Shown here: piece after piece, positions 26,978-37,467 of the stretch
Layout of the letters: every line of letters starts with the position of its first letter
Position numbering within the stretch: position 1 is the first letter of the stretch
Assembly (NCBI GenBank): GCA_015057955.1
Contig: SVDE01000002.1
Coordinates: forward strand, 1,607 to 65,606
Length of the DNA stretch: 64,000 bases
Direction: 5' to 3'
Source: Lachnospiraceae bacterium
GTDB taxonomy: Bacteria > Bacillota > Clostridia > Lachnospirales > Lachnospiraceae
Translations under genes and position numbers: made by a program
Notes under the pieces: generated by a model
What the model was told of the DNA's origin: nothing
The model's database searches: none
Seen by the model: only the letters and a program-made list of their open reading frames with translations

Positions 26978-29556
26978 TCCTCTTCTTCCATGTCGACCAC
27001 ATAAGAATGTCCGGTCTTTTCAAAGATCCCGTTCAGGTATTCCCAGGTCAGGACCTGTTTTTCCTTTGTATCCACATCAAACATGGTTATGTTGTCGCCG
27101 CTGTCGTATCCGAAGAACAGATACGATACGTCGTCAAGTTCCCATACTATAGGTATCTTCGCACCGGTAAAATACATCGCTTCCGTAAGCGATATTCCGG
27201 TCACATTTATCAGTTTGTCCTGTTCGATCTTGCGGTAAGCCAGATCCAGAGATACCTGCGAAAGCTCGACTGAGTCAGGGATCAGTCCTCTCTTGTAGAA
27301 CAGCCTTCCGTCTGAACTGAGAACGAGTCCCCTCTGGTCATAAGCAAGTATTATCGCGTCTGCAGCAGATTCATCCAGATGTATGACTCTGCCCTTCGCA
27401 TAGACATAGTATCTTCCGCTGTCCTCGAAAATGTTCATGATGTCAACCGTCCGCTCATCAGTGAACATCACTTTTGCCTGCTGGTTCAGCTTAAGCTCAC
27501 CGGCTGAAGTAGTGCTGTCGGCAAATACGACAAAATAGACGGTTCTCTTCACTTCTTCAAATTCCGAGTAATGCTCCATTGCGGGATAAGCATCGATCTC
27601 ATTTGCGAACAGTGTGTAGTCATCCGACGGAACATACTCTGAGGTAAGATCGATCTCCTCATCCGTTTCCTCATCTTCAGAGATCTCTGCCGGGGTCGTC
27701 TCCTCTTCCTTCACACTATTCCTCTTTGCGACTTTGCTGAGAGTAACCCTATTGTATTCATCGACCGCTCCGGTAAAAAAACCGTCGCCCGCGGATACCA
27801 CAGTCTGTACCTGGAGTTTGTCATTGATGACATACATGTCACTCATCAGGAGCAGCTCAGTTTCATTCGGATCAAGATATGTTTCTCCCATCTTTCCCTG
27901 GCCATAGACCAGTTCTGCGTTCAGGAAGCCCAGCACCTTGACCGCACATCCGCTGTCGGCAGAAACCTGATATGATCTTTCTTCCTCCATGTCCAGAACC
28001 GTTATCCCGGTCGCATCGTTGACCTTTCCTTCATTCTGCCATGCAATGATACGGTCCTCCGCGTGGATTATGTATGTGCCGTCTATAAGGCAATCGGTGA
28101 CCATCTCGGCTACATCACTGTCAGGAACGATCTTGTACAGATATCTGCCCATCATGACATAGAGATTATTCTGGCTGTTCAGATAGAATAAATCACCAAC
28201 CGCGGTCTTCAGTATCTCGTAAGGCAGGACGGCAGGAATGAATACTTCTTCCTCTACCTCCTGCGTATCGGCATGATAGATATAGAGGCCTATGCCTACT
28301 TTTCCCTCGTGAAGGCCGGCGTTCATGTAACCGAATACAACAAACTGTATGTCGCCTTCATCTGAAACTTTTATTATCCTGATATCGTGCTGGTCATAAT
28401 TGCCTCTGTCATCGCTTATACCGAGAGAGAATGTGAAGATCTTCTTCAATGTCTTTGTATCGGTCTCCATTGCCCACAGTGTATTGTTTGCGACAAAGCA
28501 TGACAGATTCTGGGCACGGTTGCACATCATGTTGACATCCTTGTCGCTGATCACACCGAGTTTTGCAGATTTTGTGCCAATGGCGTCCTCTCCCGTGGGA
28601 TCGAACAGCTGGTCAACAGTCCTCTCATAATCAAGCACATATTCATAGGATTCGGTTACCCTGAGCCTGTAGTACTCGCTTACGAAATAGTATTCAGCCT
28701 TGCCTGCCTCTTTTCTCGTGGCAATGTAGTTCATCATTACATGGCCTATCTCGCCGTCAACATCAAGTATCTCTATCTCAGGCTGGGTATACTTGGACAT
28801 CTTCATGGTTCCCCATGTGATACCTGACATTGAAGAATAGAGGGTTATGTCACTGAAGTCTGTGTTGTCGTTATACCAGTAATTGGTTGCCAGCGCGCTC
28901 ATGATGAACGCCTCTGCCTCATCATCGTTGGCATTGTAGAGGCAGTCATTGAACTTCAGTGCCAGATCGATCTGGGCAGCTATGCTTGTCTGTGCATCCT
29001 TGATGATCCTTGTATAGTAGTGGACAGTCCTTTCATTTGCATCGACCAGCGTGATGTCTACAATGTAATCCCTGCCGTCTTCGATAAGGTTGTCTATGCG
29101 GAAAGTGCAGCTGAGAACATCATTATTAATGCTGATGTCATCAGCGCTGCTTTCCTGGATCAGGCTCTCGTTTTCATTGTCTATGACTTTATAGCTCAGT
29201 GAACTGATCTCGTTTCCATAAAGATTGACCCTGACCGGAATGTCAAATGTATCCTGAAGGACATATATGCTCCTTCTTACATAGTTGATGTCCTGCTCAT
29301 CCGTATACCCCCGCAGCAGATTTACTTCATGTCCGGCGAATTCAAATTCTATCGTCGGAAGTGAAGCCGCTGTCATCGCCTCATATTTAACAAGTGCTTC
29401 TTCCTGCTTCTTTTTGTGTGACAGGAATAAAAGGACTGCTGCAGCGATGATGGCAAGCACAATTAAGGCACCGACCGCTATGATCAGTACCTTATTTCTA
29501 TACATCCAGTTTCTTCTGGCATAAACCGTATATGTTGAACGTCTTCTCTTTTTCAT
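26974..29556 (-). CDS. Large membrane-anchored protein of unknown function (single N-terminal TM helix, ~800-aa ectodomain)
   Basis: Long uninterrupted ORF with a basic N-terminus (KKRRRSTY), a TM helix (VLIIAVGALIVLAIIAAAVLLFL), an acidic insert (EISEDEETDEEIDL) and no motif I recognise. I prefer the ATG at 29556 because the tracked start at 29580 is TTG. Confidence 0.6.
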   Translation of the reverse strand: MKKRRRSTYTVYARRNWMYRNKVLIIAVGALIVLAIIAAAVLLFLSHKKKQEEALVKYEAMTAASLPTIEFEFAGHEVNLLRGYTDEQDINYVRRSIYVLQDTFDIPVRVNLYGNEISSLSYKVIDNENESLIQESSADDISINNDVLSCTFRIDNLIEDGRDYIVDITLVDANERTVHYYTRIIKDAQTSIAAQIDLALKFNDCLYNANDDEAEAFIMSALATNYWYNDNTDFSDITLYSSMSGITWGTMKMSKYTQPEIEILDVDGEIGHVMMNYIATRKEAGKAEYYFVSEYYRLRVTESYEYVLDYERTVDQLFDPTGEDAIGTKSAKLGVISDKDVNMMCNRAQNLSCFVANNTLWAMETDTKTLKKIFTFSLGISDDRGNYDQHDIRIIKVSDEGDIQFVVFGYMNAGLHEGKVGIGLYIYHADTQEVEEEVFIPAVLPYEILKTAVGDLFYLNSQNNLYVMMGRYLYKIVPDSDVAEMVTDCLIDGTYIIHAEDRIIAWQNEGKVNDATGITVLDMEEERSYQVSADSGCAVKVLGFLNAELVYGQGKMGETYLDPNETELLLMSDMYVINDKLQVQTVVSAGDGFFTGAVDEYNRVTLSKVAKRNSVKEEETTPAEISEDEETDEEIDLTSEYVPSDDYTLFANEIDAYPAMEHYSEFEEVKRTVYFVVFADSTTSAGELKLNQQAKVMFTDERTVDIMNIFEDSGRYYVYAKGRVIHLDESAADAIILAYDQRGLVLSSDGRLFYKRGLIPDSVELSQVSLDLAYRKIEQDKLINVTGISLTEAMYFTGAKIPIVWELDDVSYLFFGYDSGDNITMFDVDTKEKQVLTWEYLNGIFEKTGHSYVVDMEEEE

Positions 29557-29646
29557 TGTGTCAATTATACCGACTTTCAACTGCCTCTACAAGGAGCGTA
29601 TGTGTTATTTTTTTGTGTACTTTATAAGTACCTTGGCATTTTACGG

Positions 29647-29675
29647 TTGACATGACTTTTTGCTGATGCTATAAC
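29647..29675 (+). promoter_or_regulatory. Putative sigma-A promoter of the ilv leader (TTGACA-17-TATAAC)
   Basis: -35 TTGACA (29647-29652), 17-nt spacer, -10 TATAAC (29670-29675). Confidence 0.6.
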
Positions 29676-29707
29676 CTAACCTATACTTTTAAGGAAAGGA
29701 CAGATCT

Positions 29708-29818
29708 ATGGTCTATAGCCTGGTAATAATAGGTATCATTATTCCCATTATCGCTGTTATTGCTCCGATCTCCATCGGCATTGACTGCGCAATGAGCTGT
29801 ACCCTGAACCAAGGCTGA
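29708..29818 (+). CDS. Putative ilv leader peptide (36 aa, 11 Ile, 3 Val, 2 Leu)
   Basis: AAGGAAAGGA RBS, then ATG. Translation is MVYSLVIIGIIIPIIAVIAPISIGIDCAMSCTLNQG*. The ORF lies between a promoter and a terminator upstream of ilvB. Confidence 0.55.
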   Translation: MVYSLVIIGIIIPIIAVIAPISIGIDCAMSCTLNQG

Positions 29819-29850
29819 CCATTTTTAGATCCTATTTCCGGTAAATTACC

Positions 29851-29882
29851 CTACGGTCGCTTTTGGCAGACCGTATTTTTTA
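29851..29882 (+). terminator. Attenuator-type intrinsic terminator in the ilvB leader
   Basis: Stem UACGGUC(GC)/(GC)aGACCGUA (7 bp plus 2 bp, with one bulged A) followed by UUUUUU. It ends 79 nt before the ilvB ATG. Confidence 0.55.
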
Positions 29883-29960
29883 TTACTGTATTAACGCTTT
29901 TCAACTTTTGATTATTTTTGTATAATTAAAAAGCTATTCTATAAGGAGGAAAACCCCAAC

Positions 29961-31667
29961 ATGGAACTGACCGGCGCACAGATATTGATGGAATGCCTGC
30001 TCGAACAGGGTGTCGATACCGTATTCGGATACCCCGGCGGCACGATCCTCAATGTCTACGACGAATTATACAATTATTCCGATAAGATCAAGCACTATCT
30101 GACAGCTCATGAACAGGGAGCTTCCCATGCAGCTGACGGCTATGCAAGGAGTACCGGCAAAGTAGGCGTTTGCTTCGCGACAAGCGGACCCGGAGCCACC
30201 AACCTGACTACCGGCATCGCAACCGCTTACATGGACTCATCTCCTGTTGTGTTCTTTACCTGCAATGTAACTGAGCCTCTTGTCGGAAAAGACTCTTTCC
30301 AGGAAGTTGACATCACCGGCATCGCAATGCCCATAACAAAGATGAACTATGTCGTTCACGAAGTTGACAAGCTTGCGGACATCGTCCGTGAGGCCTTTGC
30401 GATCGCAAGATCCGGCCGTCCCGGCCCTGTCCTGGTTGACATCCTCAAGAATGTGACTGCCGAAAAGGCAGAGTATGAGAAGCTGCCTCTTTCCGAACAC
30501 GCCACACGCGGACGCCTCGGAAAACTCGTAGGACGCTCCTCAAACAACTTTAAATCTCCGGACCCTGACAAAGAAGACATCGATCTGCTGATAAACATGA
30601 TCAATGGATCCGAAAAGCCCCTCATCATATGCGGAGGCGGTGTTGTCAGGAGCCGTGCTTCAGAAGAATTCAACACATTTGTAAACAGATGCGATGCTCC
30701 GACCGCCATCACAGTCATGGGAGGCGGCGGAATAGCCGGACTCAATCCCCATGTTACCGGAATGATCGGAATGCATGGAAGCCAGGCTTCAAACATGGCT
30801 GTTGATGCCTGTGATCTTCTGATCGCTGTGGGCTGCCGTTTCTCAGACAGGGTTGCCCTGGATCCCAAGACATTTGCAAAGAAAGCAAAGATCGTTCAGA
30901 TAGACATCGACCGCTCCGAGATCGACAAGAACGTAAAGACTGCCCACCATATCATCGGTGACGCCAGGAAAGTCCTCTCTGTCCTCAATGAAAAACTTGG
31001 TCAGCAGGCTCATCCGGAGTGGAAGAAATATGTATTTTCTTTCCCGACAGAGACGGAATATGACGACATCCCCGGCAAGCTCACTCCCAAGCAGGCCCTG
31101 CGCACCATCGCAGATCTTCTGCCTCAGGACACGATAGTTTCCACAGATGTCGGCCAGCATCAGATGTGGGCAATCCAGCATTTCCACTTTGACTATCCCG
31201 GCCAGCTCCTCACCTCAGGCGGATTCGGCACAATGGGATTCGGACTTGGAGCAGCCATAGGCGCAAAAGTCGGTAATCCTGACAAGACTGTCATCCACAT
31301 CGCAGGTGACGGGTGCTTTCGCATGAACTGTCACGAGCTGTGCACCGAACAGTACTATGACATCCCGGTCATCACTTTTGTATTCGACAACTCTACTCTC
31401 GGCATGGTGCGTCAGTGGCAGACTCTGATCTATGACAAGCACTATTCCCAGACCACTCTTGACAGAGGACCTGATTTTGTAAAGCTTGCCGAAGCCTACG
31501 GACTGAAAGGAAAGCGTGTTACCAATGTTGAGGAACTGCGGGAAGCTGTAAAGGAAGCGCTTGAATTCGGGCATGGATACGTTGTTGACATTGCCATTGA
31601 CATTGATGAGATGGTCCGTCCGATGGTAAGCGGCGGAGCCCGCATCACCAATTTCCTGGCAATATAA
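29961..31667 (+). CDS. ilvB: Acetolactate synthase large (catalytic) subunit
   Basis: ThDP enzyme motifs (GYPGG, TSGPGATN, GDGCF...N ThDP-binding fold). Length is 568 aa. AAGGAGGA RBS. Confidence 0.93.
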   Translation: MELTGAQILMECLLEQGVDTVFGYPGGTILNVYDELYNYSDKIKHYLTAHEQGASHAADGYARSTGKVGVCFATSGPGATNLTTGIATAYMDSSPVVFFTCNVTEPLVGKDSFQEVDITGIAMPITKMNYVVHEVDKLADIVREAFAIARSGRPGPVLVDILKNVTAEKAEYEKLPLSEHATRGRLGKLVGRSSNNFKSPDPDKEDIDLLINMINGSEKPLIICGGGVVRSRASEEFNTFVNRCDAPTAITVMGGGGIAGLNPHVTGMIGMHGSQASNMAVDACDLLIAVGCRFSDRVALDPKTFAKKAKIVQIDIDRSEIDKNVKTAHHIIGDARKVLSVLNEKLGQQAHPEWKKYVFSFPTETEYDDIPGKLTPKQALRTIADLLPQDTIVSTDVGQHQMWAIQHFHFDYPGQLLTSGGFGTMGFGLGAAIGAKVGNPDKTVIHIAGDGCFRMNCHELCTEQYYDIPVITFVFDNSTLGMVRQWQTLIYDKHYSQTTLDRGPDFVKLAEAYGLKGKRVTNVEELREAVKEALEFGHGYVVDIAIDIDEMVRPMVSGGARITNFLAI

Positions 31668-31682
31668 AAGGAGGTACGACTA

Positions 31683-33234
<1,552 letters not shown>

Positions 33235-33254
33235 TATTTAACGTTTTGATGCTT

Positions 33255-33292
33255 AAAGCCCCTGAAAGCCAACGTCTTCAGGGGCTTTTTAT
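33255..33292 (+). terminator. Intrinsic terminator after ilvC
   Basis: Stem AAAGCCCCTGAA/TTCAGGGGCTTT followed by a T run. Confidence 0.8.
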
Positions 33293-33373
33293 CATGCTTT
33301 TTTATAATACATAGCAATAGTAGTATATTTTATGATATTATTAGTTATTCTACATCAAAGAGGAGAATATATC

Positions 33374-35035
33374 ATGAATTCAGATTTTATCAAAAAAGGC
33401 GTGGACAGAGCTCCCAACAGAAGCCTTATGGTAGCTCTCGGACTTACAGAAGAGGAGATCAACCGCCCGCTCATCGGCGTTGTCTGCTCATATAACGAGA
33501 TCGTTCCCGGTCACATGCACCTGGACAAGATCGCAGATGCTGTAAAGGCAGGTGTCCGCATGGCGGGAGGAACTCCCATCATGTTCCCTGCGATCGCAGT
33601 CTGCGACGGTATCGCAATGGGACATATCGGCATGAAATATTCCCTTGTCACAAGGGATCTTATCGCTGATTCAACCGAGGCTATGGCTCTTGCACATCAG
33701 TTTGACGGACTCGTAATGATCCCCAACTGTGACAAGAACGTGCCCGGACTTCTGATGGCTGCAGCAAGACTTAATGTGCCCGCTATCTTCTGCTCAGGCG
33801 GACCTATGCTTGCAGGACATCTTAAGGACGGCCGACGCACATGCCTTTCACATATGTTTGAAGCTGTCGGTGCTTACCACGCAGGCACTCTCGATGAGGA
33901 AGGCGTAGAGGACTACACCCAGAACGCATGCCCTTCATGCGGTTCATGCTCAGGCATGTACACAGCCAATTCAATGAACTGCCTGTGCGAAGCGATCGGC
34001 ATGGCTCTTCCCGGAAACGGAACCATTCCTGCCCCGCTCTCAGCACGTATCCGCCTTGCGAAGAAGGCCGGCATGCAGATCATGGAACTTGTAAACAAAG
34101 ACATCAGGCCCCGTGACATCATGACACCTGCTGCCTTCGACAATGCAGAGACTGTTGACATGGCACTCGGATGCTCTACAAACACCATGCTCCATCTTCC
34201 GGCCATCGCTCATGAATGCGGACTGGAGATAAGCCTCGACAAGAGCAATGAGATCAGCGCTCACACTCCTAACCTCTGCCACCTTGCCCCGGCAGGCGAT
34301 ACTTTCATGGAAGACCTTGAGAGAGCCGGCGGCGTATATGCGGTAATGAAAGAGCTCACAAAGAAGGATCTCCTTGATCTTGACGTAATGACTGTTACCG
34401 GAAAGACCATGAAGGAGAATCTCGAAGGAGTTGTTAATCTCAACACCGAGGTCATCAGACCGATCGAAAATCCGTTCTCTGAAAGCGGCGGGATCGCTGT
34501 CCTTAAGGGAAATGTTGCTCCTGACGGATGCGTCGTTAAACAGAGCGCAGTTGCTCCTGAGATGATGCAGCACAGCGGCCCTGCAAGAGTATTTGACTCA
34601 GAGGAAGAAGCTATCCAGGCTATCTATAACGGAAAGATCGTTGCCGGAGATGTTGTTGTCATCCGCTACGAAGGTCCTAAAGGCGGCCCCGGAATGAGAG
34701 AGATGCTCAATCCCACATCCGCCATCGTCGGAATGGGACTCGGCGCAAGCGTTGCCCTTATCACTGACGGACGTTTCTCCGGTGCCACAAGAGGCGCTGC
34801 CATCGGACATGTAAGCCCTGAAGCTGCTGCCGGCGGCAACATCGCCCTCATCAACGAAGGAGACATCATCGACATCGATATCAAGGCATGCTCCATCAAT
34901 GTACAGGTAAGCGATGAAGAGCTTGCAGAAAGAAGAAAGAGCTGGACGGCTCCCGAACCCAGGATCAAGACCGGTTACGCTGCACGCTACGCCAAGCTCG
35001 TAACCTCAGCCGACAAAGGTGCGGTTCTGATGTAA
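33374..35035 (+). CDS. ilvD: Dihydroxy-acid dehydratase
   Basis: [31 protein letters not shown] prefer the ATG at 33374 (AGAGGAGAA RBS) over the tracked start at 33332. Confidence 0.93.
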   Translation: MNSDFIKKGVDRAPNRSLMVALGLTEEEINRPLIGVVCSYNEIVPGHMHLDKIADAVKAGVRMAGGTPIMFPAIAVCDGIAMGHIGMKYSLVTRDLIADSTEAMALAHQFDGLVMIPNCDKNVPGLLMAAARLNVPAIFCSGGPMLAGHLKDGRRTCLSHMFEAVGAYHAGTLDEEGVEDYTQNACPSCGSCSGMYTANSMNCLCEAIGMALPGNGTIPAPLSARIRLAKKAGMQIMELVNKDIRPRDIMTPAAFDNAETVDMALGCSTNTMLHLPAIAHECGLEISLDKSNEISAHTPNLCHLAPAGDTFMEDLERAGGVYAVMKELTKKDLLDLDVMTVTGKTMKENLEGVVNLNTEVIRPIENPFSESGGIAVLKGNVAPDGCVVKQSAVAPEMMQHSGPARVFDSEEEAIQAIYNGKIVAGDVVVIRYEGPKGGPGMREMLNPTSAIVGMGLGASVALITDGRFSGATRGAAIGHVSPEAAAGGNIALINEGDIIDIDIKACSINVQVSDEELAERRKSWTAPEPRIKTGYAARYAKLVTSADKGAVLM

Positions 35036-35058
35036 TTTAAAAACGAAAGGTCATTAAT

Positions 35059-36129
35059 ATGAAATACAACATAGCACTCGTAAGGGGTGATGGCATAGGC
35101 CCCGAGATTGTGGACAGCGCTGTCCGTGTTCTTGACAAGATTGCCGATATATACGGTCACGAATTTATCTATTCATCATATCTCGCGGGAGGTGCCGCGA
35201 TCGATGAATTCGGAGTTCCTCTTCCGCAGGAGACCATAGACGGATGCCTTGCATCCGACAGTGTGCTTCTCGGAGCGGTCGGCGGACCTAAATGGGATGA
35301 CCAGCCGCCTGCAAACAGACCCGAGAGGGCTATCCTCGGTCTGCGCGCTGCGCTTGGACTCTTCACCAACCTCCGCCCTGCCAAGATCTTCCCTGCTCTT
35401 GCCAATGCATGCACGCTGCGCCCCGATATCGCGGCGCGCGGATTTGACCTTGTGATCGTAAGAGAGCTTACCGGAGGTATCTACTTTGGTGAGCGGGGAC
35501 GCCGCGAAGGCGCAAACGGACCTGAAGCATATGATACAGAATGCTACAGCGTCATGGAGATCGAGCGCATTGCGAAAGTAGCGTTCGAGACTGCCATGAA
35601 GAGAAGAAAGAGCGTAGTCAGCATTGACAAGGCAAATGTACTTGAAAGCTCAAGACTCTGGAGAGAAACTGTTGAACGTATCGCAAAGGATTTCCCTGAG
35701 GTAAGCCTAGAGCACATGTACGTTGACAACGCAGCCATGCAGCTTGTAAGGGATCCCTCCCATTTTGATGTCGTGCTCACATCCAACATATTTGGTGACA
35801 TCCTTTCAGATGAAGCGTCACAGATCACCGGCTCCATCGGAATGCTCGCTTCTTCATCACTCGGATCCACATCAAGAGGTCTTTATGAGCCGATCCACGG
35901 ATCCGCTCCCGACATCACCGGAAAAGGCATCGCCAATCCGATCGCCACGATCCTTTCAGCCGCAATGATGCTCCGTTTCTCATTTGGCCTCAATGTGGAA
36001 GCTGACGCGATCGAAAATGCTGTCAACCAGACTCTCAACGACGGTATCCGTTCAGCCGACATAGCTGTTAATGGACAGCCGACAGTAGGTACAGCAGAAA
36101 TGACCGACGAGATCCTGGCCCGTTTATAA
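35059..36129 (+). CDS. leuB: 3-isopropylmalate dehydrogenase
   Basis: [31 protein letters not shown]. Length is 356 aa. Confidence 0.92.
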   Translation: MKYNIALVRGDGIGPEIVDSAVRVLDKIADIYGHEFIYSSYLAGGAAIDEFGVPLPQETIDGCLASDSVLLGAVGGPKWDDQPPANRPERAILGLRAALGLFTNLRPAKIFPALANACTLRPDIAARGFDLVIVRELTGGIYFGERGRREGANGPEAYDTECYSVMEIERIAKVAFETAMKRRKSVVSIDKANVLESSRLWRETVERIAKDFPEVSLEHMYVDNAAMQLVRDPSHFDVVLTSNIFGDILSDEASQITGSIGMLASSSLGSTSRGLYEPIHGSAPDITGKGIANPIATILSAAMMLRFSFGLNVEADAIENAVNQTLNDGIRSADIAVNGQPTVGTAEMTDEILARL

Positions 36130-36151
36130 TTTCATTTACTTTTTTATTAAT

Positions 36152-36186
36152 ATGCCCCCATGAAACAGAATATTTCATGGGGGCAT
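36152..36186 (+). terminator. Hairpin after leuB (ATGCCCCCATGAAA / TTTCATGGGGGCAT)
   Basis: A 14-bp perfect stem with a 7-nt loop. The downstream tract is only moderately T-rich. Confidence 0.6.
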
Positions 36187-36299
36187 ATCTATTATTTACA
36201 TTATTTTCCCACACAGGTTGGCATTTTTATTGGGGGTAAATATGGAAAAGTCTGTTTATACCAACATAAAGCCCGTAAAGCCATGCGGCAGACCCGCTT

Positions 36300-37466
36300 T
36301 CAGACATAGCTCCGGTCAACCTGGATCACGCAGAAGCAGTCTTCCCATAGGGAATCCACTTTTGCTGTTATCTTTTCATTAGCTTCATCGTCACTATCCT
36401 TACAGTCAGCCGGAAGCACTACGTCAAATACCAGATTTGTATGGGTAGGTCCCGGAACCATCCTCAGGTCATGTATCGTTGCTTCAGGATATATGCTCCG
36501 TACCGCATTCAGGATATCATCCTTTTTCCCGGTCAGGAACTCGTTGTCCACGTCTATCGGATCCATGTGGATCGTCGCAAGGCAGTTGTATTTCTCTGAT
36601 ATCTCATGCTCCGCATTATCTATCGCGTCATGCAGTTCAAAGATGTCGCCTTTTCCGTCAACCTCTGCATGCAGTGAGACATATATCCTGCCCGGGCCGT
36701 AGTCATGCACTATCATGTCATGTATGCCTATTATATCCGGATACTCCATTACAGTTTTCTCAATACCTTTAACAAGTTCCGGGTCCGGAGCCTGTCCGAG
36801 CAGGGGTGAGACTGTATCTATCGCGGATGTTATACCTGCGTAAAGGATGAATATCGAGACCAGGATACCTGCCCATCCGTCTATGTTGATATTGAAGAAG
36901 AATGCCAGTCCCATTGAGATGAGAGTCACAGCTGTTGCGATACAGTCAGTGAGGGAATCTGAAGCTGTTGCCCTCAGTGCTTCGGAACTGATCTTTTTGC
37001 CGGCATAACGGTTGTAAGTGAACATGTAGAACTTGACCAGGATGGCCGCTCCCATGATAACCGCCGGCACAAGCCCCGCCTCTATGGGTTCCGGATGGAT
37101 GATCTTCTTGATCGATGATATACCGAGTTCTCCGCCCACGATTATGATAATGGCGCTGACTATAAATCCAGCAAGGTACTCTATCCTGCCGTGGCCGAAA
37201 GGATGCTTCGTGTCAGCCCGCTTTCCGGAAAGCCTGAAGCCTATGAGGGTTATCACCGATGATGCCGCGTCTGACAGGTTGTTAAAAGCGTCCGCCGTAA
37301 TAGCAACCGAAGATGAAATGACTCCCGCAACGTATTTTGCCCCGAACAGGATAATGTTTATGCAGATACCGTATATGCTGGCAAGCGTCGCGTAAGAGCG
37401 GCGCACTGCCGGCTCTCCGGTATTGTCTTTATCCTTAATGAATAATCTGATCAACAGCCTGAACAT
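36300..37466 (-). CDS. Cation diffusion facilitator (CDF) family metal efflux transporter
   Basis: Six TM helices with DAFNNLSD (TM2) and SDSLTD (TM5) metal-site motifs, plus a C-terminal cytoplasmic domain. It starts 1 nt after the upstream gene's stop. Confidence 0.85.
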   Translation of the reverse strand: MFRLLIRLFIKDKDNTGEPAVRRSYATLASIYGICINIILFGAKYVAGVISSSVAITADAFNNLSDAASSVITLIGFRLSGKRADTKHPFGHGRIEYLAGFIVSAIIIIVGGELGISSIKKIIHPEPIEAGLVPAVIMGAAILVKFYMFTYNRYAGKKISSEALRATASDSLTDCIATAVTLISMGLAFFFNINIDGWAGILVSIFILYAGITSAIDTVSPLLGQAPDPELVKGIEKTVMEYPDIIGIHDMIVHDYGPGRIYVSLHAEVDGKGDIFELHDAIDNAEHEISEKYNCLATIHMDPIDVDNEFLTGKKDDILNAVRSIYPEATIHDLRMVPGPTHTNLVFDVVLPADCKDSDDEANEKITAKVDSLWEDCFCVIQVDRSYV

Positions 37467-37467
37467 T

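Noticed and set aside
29905-29935. A TG-TATAAT-like sequence (TTTTGTATAATT) downstream of the attenuator terminator as a second ilvB promoter.
   Set aside because: No acceptable -35 lies at 16-18 nt (TTCAAC at 15 nt only), and AT-rich spacers often contain such hexamers by chance. I keep it as a caveat to the attenuation model rather than a called feature.
29581-29960. A T-box or other riboswitch in the ilvB leader.
   Set aside because: I could not find the conserved T-box sequence (AGGGTGGNACCGCG-like) or a specifier-loop arrangement. The region is instead occupied by a translatable Ile/Val-rich ORF. This still needs a covariance-model scan to be certain.
36243-36389. A 48-codon ORF (MEKSVYTNIKPVKPCGRP...) with a GGGGG tract upstream, between leuB and the CDF gene.
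   Set aside because: It overlaps the 3' end of the CDF gene in antisense, has no recognisable motif and lies downstream of the leuB terminator. It is most likely spurious.
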